The notes: generated by a model not told the origin, from the letters alone. Numbered from the stretch's first letter, positions 1 to 10,383 are shown. The stretch: DNA of 64,000 nt from an uncultured Haloferula sp. (GCA_965652295.1 CBFGTS010000004.1:224001-288000), one strand, 5' to 3'. Numbers and translations are program-made.

Positions 1-1974
1 ATCGACTTGGCGGGCGGCGTGGAAAAGCTCCGCGCGCTCAAGCTCTGGGAATTCATCCGGACGCTCGCGCAGAGCGAAGGCGAAGTGGATCTCGAAGCCG
101 AAATCGGCGGCGCGCTTCAGCCGGTCGCTCCTTTTGCCGGGGAAGAGGTCTCGATCATCTACGGCAAGGGCACCTCGGATTTCGTCGACGTCTACATGGA
201 TGCCGGGCAGCGGATCAACTATTACCAGCTCCGGGCACTGGCGAAGGGCTTCGCCGAGGGTGCGGTGAGTGGGGACTTCGAGTCCGCCATGTCCGAATTC
301 GAAAGCGGCGCTTATTTCGCCGGGCTGATCGATGAGGTGGAGGATTTCGTGCCCCAGCTGCGCGAACTCCGGTTTCCTCCGATGGTCTTCAGCACGAAGA
401 TTTCCGATGAAGCCGCCCGTCAGCAGGCGGTCGGTCAGATCAACGGTCTGTTGGCGATGGTCGCCCCTCAAGGTGAGGAGGTCGCCTTTCCGGCCGGGGG
501 CGCCCAGTTCTCGGGCGTCCTGCTTTCAGGCGAGCCGTTGGCTGATCAGATGGGCACCAACCCGGGGGATTTGATCGCTCGTTTCGGCGAGGAAACCGCG
601 AAGGAGCTGATCGAGATCGTCAGGGAGAAGCGCCTGGTCCTGGCCACCGGTGTGGTGGCCTCGAACGTGATGGTTTACCTGGGACCCGATGTGGAGAGCT
701 GCCCTCTGACTGAGTCGATCGAAGACTCCTTGGCGGGGAACGAGCGGATTTCATTCATCGATGGCTACAAGGATCTGGAGGTGCATGGTTTTCTCTATGG
801 CTCGAAGGAGACGCTTGAGGCGGCCTTCAAGACCGATGGCATGGGCTCGGTCGCTGAGGGCATCATCGCCGGCCTGAAGGACGCGGAAGGTTTCGGAGAT
901 CCGCGCGAGGTCATCTCGCTTCTCGGGTTGGTGGAAGAGCGGTCGGAAGCCGTCTACAGCTTCTACAAACCCGAGACCTTCGGCGGAGTGGTCAGCGTCA
1001 ATCAGGGCTTCGTTTTTGAAACCTTCGGCGGCTACGAATCGGGCGCTCTCGACTACGGCGCGGCGCATCGTCTGGGGTCGCTCGGCGAGGGTGGACAGAC
1101 CTTGCTTTTCGCCGACTCGGTGGTGTCTCCGGAGTATCAGGAGGCACTGACGGAGTATCTCGATCTGCTGGTGACGATCGCCTACAGCACCGCCGAGCAC
1201 GTGGCGACGCTGCAACCGGCGGGCGAGGAGATGGCGCAATACGGGCAGATGTTCCAGCTCTTCAACGAACACTTCCGCGAGGATCTGCTGAAGCTGTGGA
1301 ATGGCGTGATGCTCACCGAGGAAGGTCTCGGCAACGAGCGCGCGCTGGTCATCGATCTCGCTGGCGGGGTTCCCTCGATGCCCGGCGTGCCGCCCGTTTT
1401 GGTGGAAGAGGGCCGCCTCCCCCGCGCGACTTATCTCGCGCCGGTGACGGATCGTGCGAAGCTCGGTGAGTCGTGGAAGGAAATCGATGCCTCACTTCGC
1501 TCGCTGCTGGCGACCGCGGGTGAGATGGGCGGACTGGAGAATCTCAACATGCTCGTGCCGACCAGCTCGGAGAAGAACGATCTGGTGACGTGGTATTTCG
1601 ATGCCGCCGCCTTCTCGGATGACCTCAAGCCATCGGTCACGGTCAGCGACGAGTGGTTCGCGGTCTCGACTTCGCGCACGCAGGCGCTGGACCTGATCGC
1701 CAAAGCCTCCGCCGCGGAGGAGGCAACCCGCACCGGGGCATGGCTGAAGCTCGATACCAACGTGCTCGCGGCTTACCTCTCGGACCTTGCGACGCTGGTC
1801 GAGGAGAAGGGCGAGGAAGTGGCTCCAGACGCGGAAGCTCTCGAGCAGTTCCGCGAGAGGTTGCCGGTGATCCGGGAAGGCATCGCGGCGATCGAGGAAC
1901 TGGACGCGGTGACCATTCACGACCGCGAGGAGAACGGCACCCGCCGCATGACCTTCAAGATTTCCGCCGATTGA
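1..1974 (+). CDS. Acidic hypothetical protein, 5'-truncated by window edge
   Basis: Frame open from position 1 to TGA at 1974 with genome-like codon usage; no recognisable family motif. Confidence 0.75.
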   Translation: MDLAGGVEKLRALKLWEFIRTLAQSEGEVDLEAEIGGALQPVAPFAGEEVSIIYGKGTSDFVDVYMDAGQRINYYQLRALAKGFAEGAVSGDFESAMSEFESGAYFAGLIDEVEDFVPQLRELRFPPMVFSTKISDEAARQQAVGQINGLLAMVAPQGEEVAFPAGGAQFSGVLLSGEPLADQMGTNPGDLIARFGEETAKELIEIVREKRLVLATGVVASNVMVYLGPDVESCPLTESIEDSLAGNERISFIDGYKDLEVHGFLYGSKETLEAAFKTDGMGSVAEGIIAGLKDAEGFGDPREVISLLGLVEERSEAVYSFYKPETFGGVVSVNQGFVFETFGGYESGALDYGAAHRLGSLGEGGQTLLFADSVVSPEYQEALTEYLDLLVTIAYSTAEHVATLQPAGEEMAQYGQMFQLFNEHFREDLLKLWNGVMLTEEGLGNERALVIDLAGGVPSMPGVPPVLVEEGRLPRATYLAPVTDRAKLGESWKEIDASLRSLLATAGEMGGLENLNMLVPTSSEKNDLVTWYFDAAAFSDDLKPSVTVSDEWFAVSTSRTQALDLIAKASAAEEATRTGAWLKLDTNVLAAYLSDLATLVEEKGEEVAPDAEALEQFRERLPVIREGIAAIEELDAVTIHDREENGTRRMTFKISAD

Positions 1975-1995
1975 TCCGGTGGAAGCGGGATCCGG

Positions 1996-3225
1996 CTACT
2001 CCGGCCGGATTTCCGCCCGGGCGCGGACGCCGGAGGCGAGGATCTCGCGGGCGACGTCGCGCACGGCTTCGGTCGTGACCGCCTCGACCCAGGCGAGCGC
2101 GTCCTTCGGACAAATGATGCGTCCGTGGTGGAGCAGCGAGTCGGCCGCCCATGCGGCGTGGCTGGCGGTGTTTTCCATCGAGGCACGGTGCTGGCTGAAA
2201 GCCAGGCGCTTGGCACGGGCGAGCTCCGCCGCGGCGGGACCCTGCGTGGCGAGGTCGCGGAGTTCGTCCTCCATGATGGCGAGGGCTTCGTCGCGACTTT
2301 CGGGATCGAGTCCGGCGTTGAATTCCAGCGCGCCGGTTTCGCCCAGCAGCGTGGCATCGCAGGAGACGTGGTAGCACAGCCCGCGGTCTTCGCGGAGCTT
2401 GAGGAAAAGCCGCGAGCTGGAGCCTTCGCCGAGGATCATGGCCAGCAGGCGCAGCGCGTGGCGCCGGGGATCGAGCCGCCCGAAGGTCGGGTAGGCGAGG
2501 GCGAGCTGGACCTGCTGGGTATCGCGCATATCGATCCGCACCGACTCGCCCGGTGGGAGGCCGGAAAAAGGGATCGAGATGGGAGCGGCGGAAAGCTCCG
2601 GAAGGAGCGGGTCGAGGAGGTCGAGGACTGCCTGCGGCGGGTAGGGCCCGCCGACGGCGATCACGAGGTCGTCCCGGCGGTGCTGGGCGGCGGCGAAGCC
2701 GGTGAGAGCGGCGCGATTGATCCGGCGCAGCGTTTCCAAGGTGCCGGAAATCGGATCGCCCAGCGGGTGGGGCGACCACAGGGCGGAGGAAAGCAAGTCG
2801 CCGATATGGTCGCCCGGCGATTCCTCGTACATCACGATTTCCTCGGCGATGACCTCGCGTTCCAGCTCGATGTCGCGGGGATCGAAGCGCGAATGCCAGA
2901 CCATGTCGCAGAGGATGTCGGCGAGCAGCGGTAGCGTATCGGCATCGCCGCGGCCCTCGTAGCTGGTCTGGTCTTCGGAGGTGTGGGCGTTGAGCATGGC
3001 ACCGACGTCCTCCGTCTCGATGCTGATCGTGCGCGCGTCGCGCCGGGCCGTGCCCTTGAAAAGCATGTGCTCGACGAAATGGGCGGTGCCGGCGAGGCCC
3101 GCAGGGTCGTCGCGGGAGCCGGCGGGGAGATGGATTGAAATGGCCGCGCACTCGCTGTCGGGCAGCTCGGCGATGGCGAGCCGGACGCCGGTCCGGCTAC
3201 GGCATTCATGGTAGGTGGCGCGCAT
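1996..3225 (-). CDS. M16 (pitrilysin) family zinc peptidase
   Basis: HxxEH motif (GTAHFVEHMLFKGT), NAHTS, SSRLF..LRE.RGLCY; start chosen at MRATYH, overlapping ispD end. Confidence 0.9.
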   Translation of the reverse strand: MRATYHECRSRTGVRLAIAELPDSECAAISIHLPAGSRDDPAGLAGTAHFVEHMLFKGTARRDARTISIETEDVGAMLNAHTSEDQTSYEGRGDADTLPLLADILCDMVWHSRFDPRDIELEREVIAEEIVMYEESPGDHIGDLLSSALWSPHPLGDPISGTLETLRRINRAALTGFAAAQHRRDDLVIAVGGPYPPQAVLDLLDPLLPELSAAPISIPFSGLPPGESVRIDMRDTQQVQLALAYPTFGRLDPRRHALRLLAMILGEGSSSRLFLKLREDRGLCYHVSCDATLLGETGALEFNAGLDPESRDEALAIMEDELRDLATQGPAAAELARAKRLAFSQHRASMENTASHAAWAADSLLHHGRIICPKDALAWVEAVTTEAVRDVAREILASGVRARAEIRPE

Positions 3226-3877
3226 CCAGTTGGAGGAGGGCTCCCGCGATCCTGAGGTCGGCGGGGTGGGTGATTTTCGGGTTGGGTGTGCCGGAGTCGA
3301 CCAGGCGGGTGGCGCGGCCGATGGTCTCCAGAGCCGAAACTTCATCGGTGACGATCCGGCTTTCCGCGACGACGTGGTCGTAGGCCTCCCGCAGCAACGC
3401 CGTGCGGAAGATCTGGGGGGTTTCCATGTGCCAGAGGCCGTCGCGGGGCACCGCGCCTTCGGTGAAACCGGAGGCACCGGCGCGTTTGAGTGTTTCGGTG
3501 ACCGGCCGGGCCAATGCCGCGGCTCCGGTTTCACGTGCGACGGCGAGGCAGGCGGAAATGGCGTGAGGGGTGACCAGAGGACGGGCACCATCGTGCACGG
3601 CCACGAATCCCGCGGCGACCTCCGCCAACCCTGCGAGGACGGAGAGATGGCGTTCGGCACCGCCATCGACGCGGATCAGCGACGCGGCCACGTCACCGAG
3701 CAACTCCTCGAACCGATCGCGCGGGCAGACCACGATGACGCGCCCGATTTCCGCGCAGCGGAGGAACGCCTCGACCGTGTGGCGCAGGACCGGCTGGCCG
3801 CAGAGGTCCGCCGCGAGCTTGTCGAAGCCCATGCGGCGGCTGCTTCCGGAGGCCACGATGACCGCGTCGCAGTCCAT
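3206..3877 (-). CDS. ispD: 2-C-methyl-D-erythritol 4-phosphate cytidylyltransferase
   Basis: ASGSSRRMG..K, GGAER..SV..GL, VAVHDGARPL, ETPQIF, TDE, NPKIT motifs. Confidence 0.9.
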   Translation of the reverse strand: MDCDAVIVASGSSRRMGFDKLAADLCGQPVLRHTVEAFLRCAEIGRVIVVCPRDRFEELLGDVAASLIRVDGGAERHLSVLAGLAEVAAGFVAVHDGARPLVTPHAISACLAVARETGAAALARPVTETLKRAGASGFTEGAVPRDGLWHMETPQIFRTALLREAYDHVVAESRIVTDEVSALETIGRATRLVDSGTPNPKITHPADLRIAGALLQLDARHLP

Positions 3878-4332
3878 CAGGACAGGCGCTTGGCCACTTC
3901 CTGGGAGAGCGTCTTGCCGTCGGCGCGGCCGGCGCTGCGTTCCTGGACGAGCTTCATCACCTTGCCCATGTCGGCCTTGGAGCTGGCTCCGGTTTCGGCG
4001 ATCGCCGTCTCGACCATGGCGATGATTTCCTCCTGGGACAGCGCGGCGGGGAGGTAGCCTTGGAGGATCTCGATTTCCGCGAGTTCCTTTTCCGCGAGTT
4101 CGGTGCGGCCGGCGGCCTGGAACTGGGACGCGGAATCCTCGCGTTGCTTTACCTGCTTGCGGACCACGGCCATGGCTTCGCTGTCGGTGAGCTGGGTGCC
4201 GAGGCTGCCCTTTTCGATGGCGGCATTGGTCAGCGCGGTTTTCAGGGCGCGGATGACGGTGAGGCGGTTGGCATCCTTGGCCTTCATGGCGGCCTTGAGA
4301 TCTTCCTGGATTTGTGCGGCGAAGTCGCTCAT
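3877..4332 (-). CDS. GatB/YqeY domain protein
   Basis: DLKAAMKAKD...KQREDS...YLP..LS...DMGKVMK...GRADGK signature. Confidence 0.92.
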   Translation of the reverse strand: MSDFAAQIQEDLKAAMKAKDANRLTVIRALKTALTNAAIEKGSLGTQLTDSEAMAVVRKQVKQREDSASQFQAAGRTELAEKELAEIEILQGYLPAALSQEEIIAMVETAIAETGASSKADMGKVMKLVQERSAGRADGKTLSQEVAKRLS

Positions 4333-4442
4333 GCGGCTTAGGTATCCGGCGCGGGAAGGCCGATAAAGCGCAAATCCCGGCCGCGGGTGTCTGCGGTCGC
4401 TTTCGTCTTGGCGGCGGAGCCATCCGCGCCTACCGCCGGGGC

Positions 4443-4937
4443 GTGAAAAAACGGTCGGTCGGATCTCGCATCTACCTGAATTTGGTGGGCTTGGCCCTCG
4501 CTGCGGTGGGGGCGGTGTTTGCCACGCTGATGTGGAAGAGTTACGTCCGTGCGGGGCAGGTGGCGGATTGGCCGGTGGTGCCTTGTTCGATCATGGAATC
4601 GCGTGTCGAAAGCCGCCGCGACGACCCGGACTGGCCGCGGGAGATGCCGCAGGAATATCGGTTCCGGGTCCGTTACGTCTATGAATGGAAGGGCGCCCAA
4701 CATGAATCGAGCCTGCACAAGCTGCGGGGCTCGTCCTGGTCGAGCACTCCGGGGAAAGCCGAGCAACTCGTGAGCAGGTTTCCCGAGGGGGCCGTCAGCC
4801 AGTGCCACGTGAACCCGGAAAGCCCGCGTCAGGCGGTGCTGGAGGGTGAGTCGAAAGCGCCGGGATACTCGTTGTGGTTTCCGCTGCTCTTCGTCGTCGG
4901 CGGGCTGGGAATCATGATCGGTGCCTGGCGGCGCTGA
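4443..4937 (+). CDS. DUF3592-like membrane protein
   Basis: N-terminal TM, W...C.I..S, Y.Y.W.G, VNPESP..AVL, C-terminal TM; GTG start inferred. Confidence 0.7.
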   Translation: MKKRSVGSRIYLNLVGLALAAVGAVFATLMWKSYVRAGQVADWPVVPCSIMESRVESRRDDPDWPREMPQEYRFRVRYVYEWKGAQHESSLHKLRGSSWSSTPGKAEQLVSRFPEGAVSQCHVNPESPRQAVLEGESKAPGYSLWFPLLFVVGGLGIMIGAWRR

Positions 4938-4986
4938 GCCTCTGGGAAATGGCCGGGGGGCAGGGCTTGTCCCAAATAGGAAAATC

Positions 4987-5109
4987 GAACCGCAGATGAA
5001 CGCAGATATTCAAAGAGTGGCGTCGGTTTCGGGGTTCACCCGCAGGATTGCTCTCGATCTCTACATAAAACGCATAAAATCAGCGTTCATCTGCGTCCAT
5101 CTGCGGTTC
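4987..5109. repeat. Inverted repeat built of 10-nt tandem units (MITE/REP-like)
   Basis: GAACCGCAGATGAACGCAGAT (4987-5007) vs ATCTGCGTCCATCTGCGGTTC (5089-5109): 21 bp with one mismatch, AT-rich spacer. Confidence 0.85.
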
Positions 5110-5125
5110 ATTCCTCTTTCTAGGC

Positions 5126-7123
5126 TTATCCGTCCTCTGCCGGCGCGAACACCAGGGCGGTGCGCGCCGGCGTGTAGAAGGTGAGTTTCCCCTCCTCGTC
5201 CGCCGGGTAGGGGATGCTTGCGTCCAGTCGGTCGTGACCACCGAAGTCGGGGTGATCGGAATGCAGGACCAGCTGGTACTCGCCGGCACCCGGCACTGGA
5301 ACCCGGTAGCCGGGGACGGAGTGGTCGAAGGACCAGTTGAAGACGAAAATCAGGCCGTTGCGCTCGAAGACGAGGACCTTGTTGACGGGGTCGATGTTGA
5401 GACAGTTCACCGGCGAGTTGCCCGGCAGGTTGAAGCGCTGGCCGATGTCCTGCATGGCGCGATCGAACTCGTTGAGGAACTTGTATTTCAGCGCCGGGTT
5501 GTCCACCAGCGACCACTGGCGGCGGCAGTAGTGGTAGGACCAGCCATTGCCCTCGCGGGGGAAATCGAGCCACTCGGGGTGACCGAATTCGTTGCCCATG
5601 AAATTCAGCCAGCCCTCGCCGGCGGCGGCGAAGGTAACGAGGCGGATCATCTTGTGCAGGGCGATGCCGCGGTCGACGACCGGGTCGGGATCATCGACGC
5701 CCATGTGCCAGTACATGTTCTGATCCATCAGCCAGAAGGCGAGCGTCTTGTCGCCGACCAGCGCCTGATCGTGGCTTTCGGCGTAGGCGATGTTCGGCTC
5801 GCCATCGCGGCGGTTGATCAGCGTGTGCCACATCTCGTCGAGGTTCCAATCCTCGTCGCGGGTGTGCTTCAGCAGCTTGATCCAGTAGTCCGGCACGCCC
5901 ATGGCCAGGCGGTGGGTGAAGCCGATGCCGCCGTCCGCGACGGGCCGGCAGAGGCCGGGCATGCCCGACATGTCCTCGGCGATGAGGATGGCTCCGGGCC
6001 GGATTTCGTTGGCCAGCGAGGTGGCGAGCTGGAGGTAGAGAATCGCGTCCTCATCGACATCGTGGACGAAGTATTTGTCGTAATGATCGAAGGCGGTGGT
6101 GCCGCGGTGCCAGTAGAGCATCGAGGTCACGCCATCGAAGCGGAAGCCGTCGAAACGGAACTCCTCGAGCCAGTAGCGGACGTTCGAGAGCAGGAAGCGG
6201 CGGACTTCCGGGCGGCTGTAGTCGAAGCACTTCGAGTCCCACTGCGGGTGCTCGCCGCGGGCATCGGCGTGGAAATACTGCCCGCCCGAGCCATCGAGGT
6301 TGTTGAGCCCTTCGGAGAGGTTTTTCACCGAGTGCGAGTGGACGACGTCCAACAGCACCGCGAGGCCGTGGCCGTGGGCGGTATCGATGAGATACTTGAG
6401 GTCCTCCGGTGTGCCGAAACGGGACGACGGGGCGAAGAAATTCGAGACGTGGTAGCCGAATGAGCCGTAATACGGATGCTCCTGCACCGCCATGAGCTGG
6501 ATGGTATTATAGCCGAGCCTGGCGATGCGCGGCAGGACCGTGTTGGCGAATTCACGGTAGGTGTGGACGCGGCCCTCTTCGCCGGACATGCCGACGTGGG
6601 CTTCGTAGATGCGCGGGGTTTTGACCGTGGAGGGATCGAATTCGTAGCGCCACTCGTAGCTTTCCGGGGGCGACCAGATCTGGCCCGAGTAGTCGTGGGT
6701 GTCCGGATCCTGGATGGCGCGCAGAATGCAGGCCGGGATGCGGTCGCGCACGCTGCCGTCGGCCCCGGTGACGTGGAGTTTCGCGCGTTGACCGTGTTTC
6801 ATGGCTTCCGCCGGAAGTGTGGCCTCCCACACGCCGTGCTCTCCGCATTGGAGTGGATGGGAATCGTGGTTCCAGTCGTTGAAATCGCCGATCACGCTGA
6901 CGGCCCGGGCTCCTGGGAGCCACTCGCGGATGCTCCACGTGCCGTTGCGCTCCTGATGGATGCCGGTGAAATGGTGGCCGGAGGCATAATCCACGAAGCT
7001 TCCTCCGCCCTGGCGCTCAAGGTGGCTGCGGGTCGCCGTGAAGCGAATGATCCGGTCCTCAATGCGGCCGGCATAGGGTTCGAGCCAGGGGTCGTCCTTT
7101 ACCAGTTGGGGCACATCCTTCAT
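5126..7123 (-). CDS. glgB: 1,4-alpha-glucan branching enzyme (GH13)
   Basis: IYEAHVGM, EHPYYGSFGYHV, FDGFRFDGVTSMLY, AEDMSGMP, YAESHDQALVGDKT, FMGNEFGHPEW. Confidence 0.93.
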   Translation of the reverse strand: MKDVPQLVKDDPWLEPYAGRIEDRIIRFTATRSHLERQGGGSFVDYASGHHFTGIHQERNGTWSIREWLPGARAVSVIGDFNDWNHDSHPLQCGEHGVWEATLPAEAMKHGQRAKLHVTGADGSVRDRIPACILRAIQDPDTHDYSGQIWSPPESYEWRYEFDPSTVKTPRIYEAHVGMSGEEGRVHTYREFANTVLPRIARLGYNTIQLMAVQEHPYYGSFGYHVSNFFAPSSRFGTPEDLKYLIDTAHGHGLAVLLDVVHSHSVKNLSEGLNNLDGSGGQYFHADARGEHPQWDSKCFDYSRPEVRRFLLSNVRYWLEEFRFDGFRFDGVTSMLYWHRGTTAFDHYDKYFVHDVDEDAILYLQLATSLANEIRPGAILIAEDMSGMPGLCRPVADGGIGFTHRLAMGVPDYWIKLLKHTRDEDWNLDEMWHTLINRRDGEPNIAYAESHDQALVGDKTLAFWLMDQNMYWHMGVDDPDPVVDRGIALHKMIRLVTFAAAGEGWLNFMGNEFGHPEWLDFPREGNGWSYHYCRRQWSLVDNPALKYKFLNEFDRAMQDIGQRFNLPGNSPVNCLNIDPVNKVLVFERNGLIFVFNWSFDHSVPGYRVPVPGAGEYQLVLHSDHPDFGGHDRLDASIPYPADEEGKLTFYTPARTALVFAPAEDG

Positions 7124-7197
7124 CGGTGCCGAAGATGAAACGAGCTGCCCGCACAAGCAAGGGAGATGGCGAGATTGTGTGGAGTGCTCCGAAAGGA

Positions 7198-9273
7198 TCA
7201 CCGCAGTTTGTCTTCAAGAAATCCGCGTAGGTATCCCTCGGTGAGGAGGGTCTGGGTGATGTGCGGCGTATCGGAGCCCGGGGCGTAGAAGACGTTCACG
7301 GGGATGGCGCTCATGCCGAGGCGGCGGATTTCCTCGTCGATGTCCGGCCGGGTGGTGGTCTTGTCGGCCTTCAGCGCGACGATGTCGTGCTGGGCGAAAA
7401 ACCGGGCCATGTCCTCGCTGTAGGCCGCGGCCTTGTTCGTCTGGCAGGTGAGGCACCAGCGGGCGGTGAAGTCCACGTACACCGGCTTGCCCTCGGCGAT
7501 GAGCTGGTCCTGGAGTTCCTTGGTCCACGGCTGCCAGTGGATCCGCGGTTTTTCCAGCTCGGCGGCGGTCGGGGTGGGTAGCGGGCGGGCGGCGATGAAG
7601 CCGGCAAGCGCCATCGCCAGGGCCAGACCGCGGGCGGTCCAGCGGACGCTGGCCGATTTGAAAGGCAGGCTCCATCGTCCGTAGATCCAGAGCGCGGTGG
7701 CGATGGCGGTGAGGCCGAGCATGACCTGCACGCCCTTGGCGTCGAAGACGTGGGCGCTGTAAACCCACAGCAGATAGCCGGCGGTGCCCAGCAGGAGGAA
7801 GGACATGCCTTGTTTGAAGGACTCCATCCATGGCCCGGGTCGCGGCAGGCGGTCGACCAGCGCGGGGAAGGCGGAGAGTACGAGATACGGCGTACTGAGG
7901 CCGAGGGCCATCACGGTGAAGGCGAGGAAGAACAGCGGCGCGGGGAGGCCGACCGCGGCTCCCAGAGCCGGTGCGAGGAAGGGAGCGGAGCAGGGGGTGG
8001 CGACAACGGTCGCCAGGACGCCGGAGAAAAACGTGCCGGTGAGACCTTGTTTTCCGGCGAGGTTTCCGCCCACCGAGGTGGCGGAGGCTCCGACTTCGAA
8101 GACGCCGAACATGTTCAGACCAAAGACCAGCATCACGAGCAGCAGCACGTAAACGACCCACGGACTTTCGAGCTGGCCGCCCCAGTTGGCGATGCCGCCG
8201 GCGAGCAGAACGGTGGCGAGGATCCAGAAGGACACCAGGACGCCGAGGGTGAAGAGAATCCCGTGGGCGACGACTTTCGAGCGCGAGTGTCCGGCCTGTT
8301 GGACGAATCCCATGATCTTGAGGCCGATGACCGGAAAGACGCAGGGCATCAGATTGAGGATCATGCCGCCGAGGAACATTAGTCCGAGAATGACGGGGGT
8401 GGTCATCCCCGGGCCCTTCGCGGCCGGGGCGGGGGGCTCGGCGGGCTGCTCGATCGGGACATCGATGAACCAGCCCTTCTGGCCGTCGGCGGCACCCCAG
8501 CCCCGCCCGGCCTTGAGAATGCCCTTCACGCGGTTCGGGGCGGGATCGGTTTCCGGATTGCGGGGAAAGGTGAGCGTCCAGGTTTCACCCACCTTCTCCA
8601 GCACCTGCTCGGCGGCGCTGTCCTCGATCGAGTTCTCCCCGAAAAACCGGGCGTCTTCCAGCTCCATTCGCGGTTCATGAGGAACAAGCGTGAGAGTGAT
8701 CATGGCCCCATTTTGCGAAGCGCTCACCGACCACGGAACGTCCTTCGCGGGGAGATTGGAGCGGGCTTCCTGAAACGCGCCGGCCATGGCGGCCGTCGGC
8801 TCCGAGGGGCCGACCTCCAAGGTCAGCGAAAGCTCCTGATCCTCCGGCACGCAGGTCTCGTTGCAGGTGAGCCACGAGGCGTCGGCCTTGAGCGTGACCT
8901 CGCTGGCTTCGAGCGATTCCGGTGCGGTCAGGGTGGTGAGGAACCAAGTCTCGCCCTCGTAGCCGTAGAACGGAGCGCCGGCGAAGTTTCCGAGGACGGG
9001 AGTGGGAAATTGAAGCTCTCCGGCTTCGAATCCCTCCGGCAGCTCCCATTTCAGCGAGGGCGGAAAGCCGGCCTGACCGGGATTCACGTAGTAGGTGTGC
9101 CAGTGCTCCTCGTGGTCGAGAACCAGGGCGACATCGAGCGTCTGACCCGGCTCGATCGAGGGACGCGAGGGAATCAGGCGCGCCTTGACGTGCGGCTCGT
9201 CATTTCCTCCGAAGGGAAACTGGGCGGAGGCGAGGGAAACGAGGGCGAGGAAGAACAGGAACAGGCGTGCCAT
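7198..9273 (-). CDS. Thiol:disulfide interchange protein, DsbD family
   Basis: Signal peptide, WHTYY.NPG, C...C in N-domain, LNLMPCVFPV, ATPCSAPFL TM motifs, C-terminal DFTARWCLTC thioredoxin. Confidence 0.9.
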   Translation of the reverse strand: MARLFLFFLALVSLASAQFPFGGNDEPHVKARLIPSRPSIEPGQTLDVALVLDHEEHWHTYYVNPGQAGFPPSLKWELPEGFEAGELQFPTPVLGNFAGAPFYGYEGETWFLTTLTAPESLEASEVTLKADASWLTCNETCVPEDQELSLTLEVGPSEPTAAMAGAFQEARSNLPAKDVPWSVSASQNGAMITLTLVPHEPRMELEDARFFGENSIEDSAAEQVLEKVGETWTLTFPRNPETDPAPNRVKGILKAGRGWGAADGQKGWFIDVPIEQPAEPPAPAAKGPGMTTPVILGLMFLGGMILNLMPCVFPVIGLKIMGFVQQAGHSRSKVVAHGILFTLGVLVSFWILATVLLAGGIANWGGQLESPWVVYVLLLVMLVFGLNMFGVFEVGASATSVGGNLAGKQGLTGTFFSGVLATVVATPCSAPFLAPALGAAVGLPAPLFFLAFTVMALGLSTPYLVLSAFPALVDRLPRPGPWMESFKQGMSFLLLGTAGYLLWVYSAHVFDAKGVQVMLGLTAIATALWIYGRWSLPFKSASVRWTARGLALAMALAGFIAARPLPTPTAAELEKPRIHWQPWTKELQDQLIAEGKPVYVDFTARWCLTCQTNKAAAYSEDMARFFAQHDIVALKADKTTTRPDIDEEIRRLGMSAIPVNVFYAPGSDTPHITQTLLTEGYLRGFLEDKLR

Positions 9274-9351
9274 GGGATCGGTGCTTTCCGGATAGAGACC
9301 CAACGCATGGCCACGATTCCCGAAAAGTCCAGCCTGCGCCCCGACGATGCC

Positions 9352-10383
9352 TCACACACGGTCCAGTGCCCGGGCGATTTCCCCAACCATCTTCGGACCG
9401 CGGAAGATGAACGATGAGTAGAGCTGCACCAGCGTCGCACCCGCTTCGATCTTGGAAAGCGCGGACTCCGGCGAATCGACGCCGCCGACGCCGATGATGG
9501 GCAACGCGCCGCCCAGTTCGGCTGCGAAGGCCCGGATGACGTCGTTGCTTTTCTCCAGCAAAACGCGTCCGGAGAGCCCGCCGGCTTCATCGGCCCGCGG
9601 GTGACCGGCCACCGCCTCGCGGCTGATGGTGGTGTTGGTGGCGATCAATCCATCCAGCCCTCCCTCTCGGAAAACCCTCGCCAGCCCGGCGATGTGCGGC
9701 GGGTCGAGATCGGGCGCGACCTTGAACAGCAGCGGGACCTTTTTTCCGTGCTTGATCTCCAGTCGGGCTTGCTCGTGTTTCAACGTTTCCAGCAACCGCG
9801 CACAAGCGTCCTCGCCCTGGAGGTCGCGCAGACCGGGGGTGTTGGGCGAGGAAAGGTTGACTGCGATGTAATCGGCCACCGGATAGGCCTCGCGCAGGCA
9901 GATGAGATAGTCGTCGGCCGCGTTCTCGTTCGGCGTGTCCTTGTTCTTGCCGATGTTGAAGCCGATCACGCCGCCGAAGGTCCTCGAGCGTCGCACGTTC
10001 GCCACGCCGGCGGCGATGCCGACGTTGTTGAAACCCATGCGGTTGATGATGGCCTCGTGCTCGACGAGGCGGAACAGGCGTGGTTTCGGGTTTCCCGGTT
10101 GTGGGCGAGGGGTGATCGTCCCGATTTCCACGAAGCCGAATCCGAGCCGTCCGAGCGCGTCGATCGTGTTGCCCTCCTTGTCCAAGCCTGCGGCGAGGCC
10201 GATCCGGTTGGGGAAACGGAGGCCCATCACCTCGATCGGTGCGACGCAATGCGGTGGGGGGAAGAGCAGCGGAAGCAGCCCGGATTTTTCCGCCAGCCGC
10301 AGTCCGCGCATGCTGAGGTCGTGGGCGGTTTCGGCATCGAAGCGGAACAGCACGGAGCGGGCGAGGGCGTAGGCGTTGGACAC
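9352..10383 (-). CDS. pyrD: Quinone-dependent dihydroorotate dehydrogenase
   Basis: GLAAGLDK, QPGNPKPRLFRL, INRMGFNN, NIGKNK, NLSSPNTPGLR, GGLSG. Confidence 0.95.
   Translation of the reverse strand: MSNAYALARSVLFRFDAETAHDLSMRGLRLAEKSGLLPLLFPPPHCVAPIEVMGLRFPNRIGLAAGLDKEGNTIDALGRLGFGFVEIGTITPRPQPGNPKPRLFRLVEHEAIINRMGFNNVGIAAGVANVRRSRTFGGVIGFNIGKNKDTPNENAADDYLICLREAYPVADYIAVNLSSPNTPGLRDLQGEDACARLLETLKHEQARLEIKHGKKVPLLFKVAPDLDPPHIAGLARVFREGGLDGLIATNTTISREAVAGHPRADEAGGLSGRVLLEKSNDVIRAFAAELGGALPIIGVGGVDSPESALSKIEAGATLVQLYSSFIFRGPKMVGEIARALDRV

Noticed and set aside
1996..4423. Extended N-termini in the ORF track for the M16 peptidase and ispD (similar cases at 15430, 30462, 49658, 55797)
   Set aside because: The extensions overlap upstream genes in other frames; family motifs begin at downstream start codons, so these are not fusions
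4921..5184. Short ORFs containing PQMNAD / SAFICVHLRF
   Set aside because: These are translations of the decamer inverted repeat, not credible proteins
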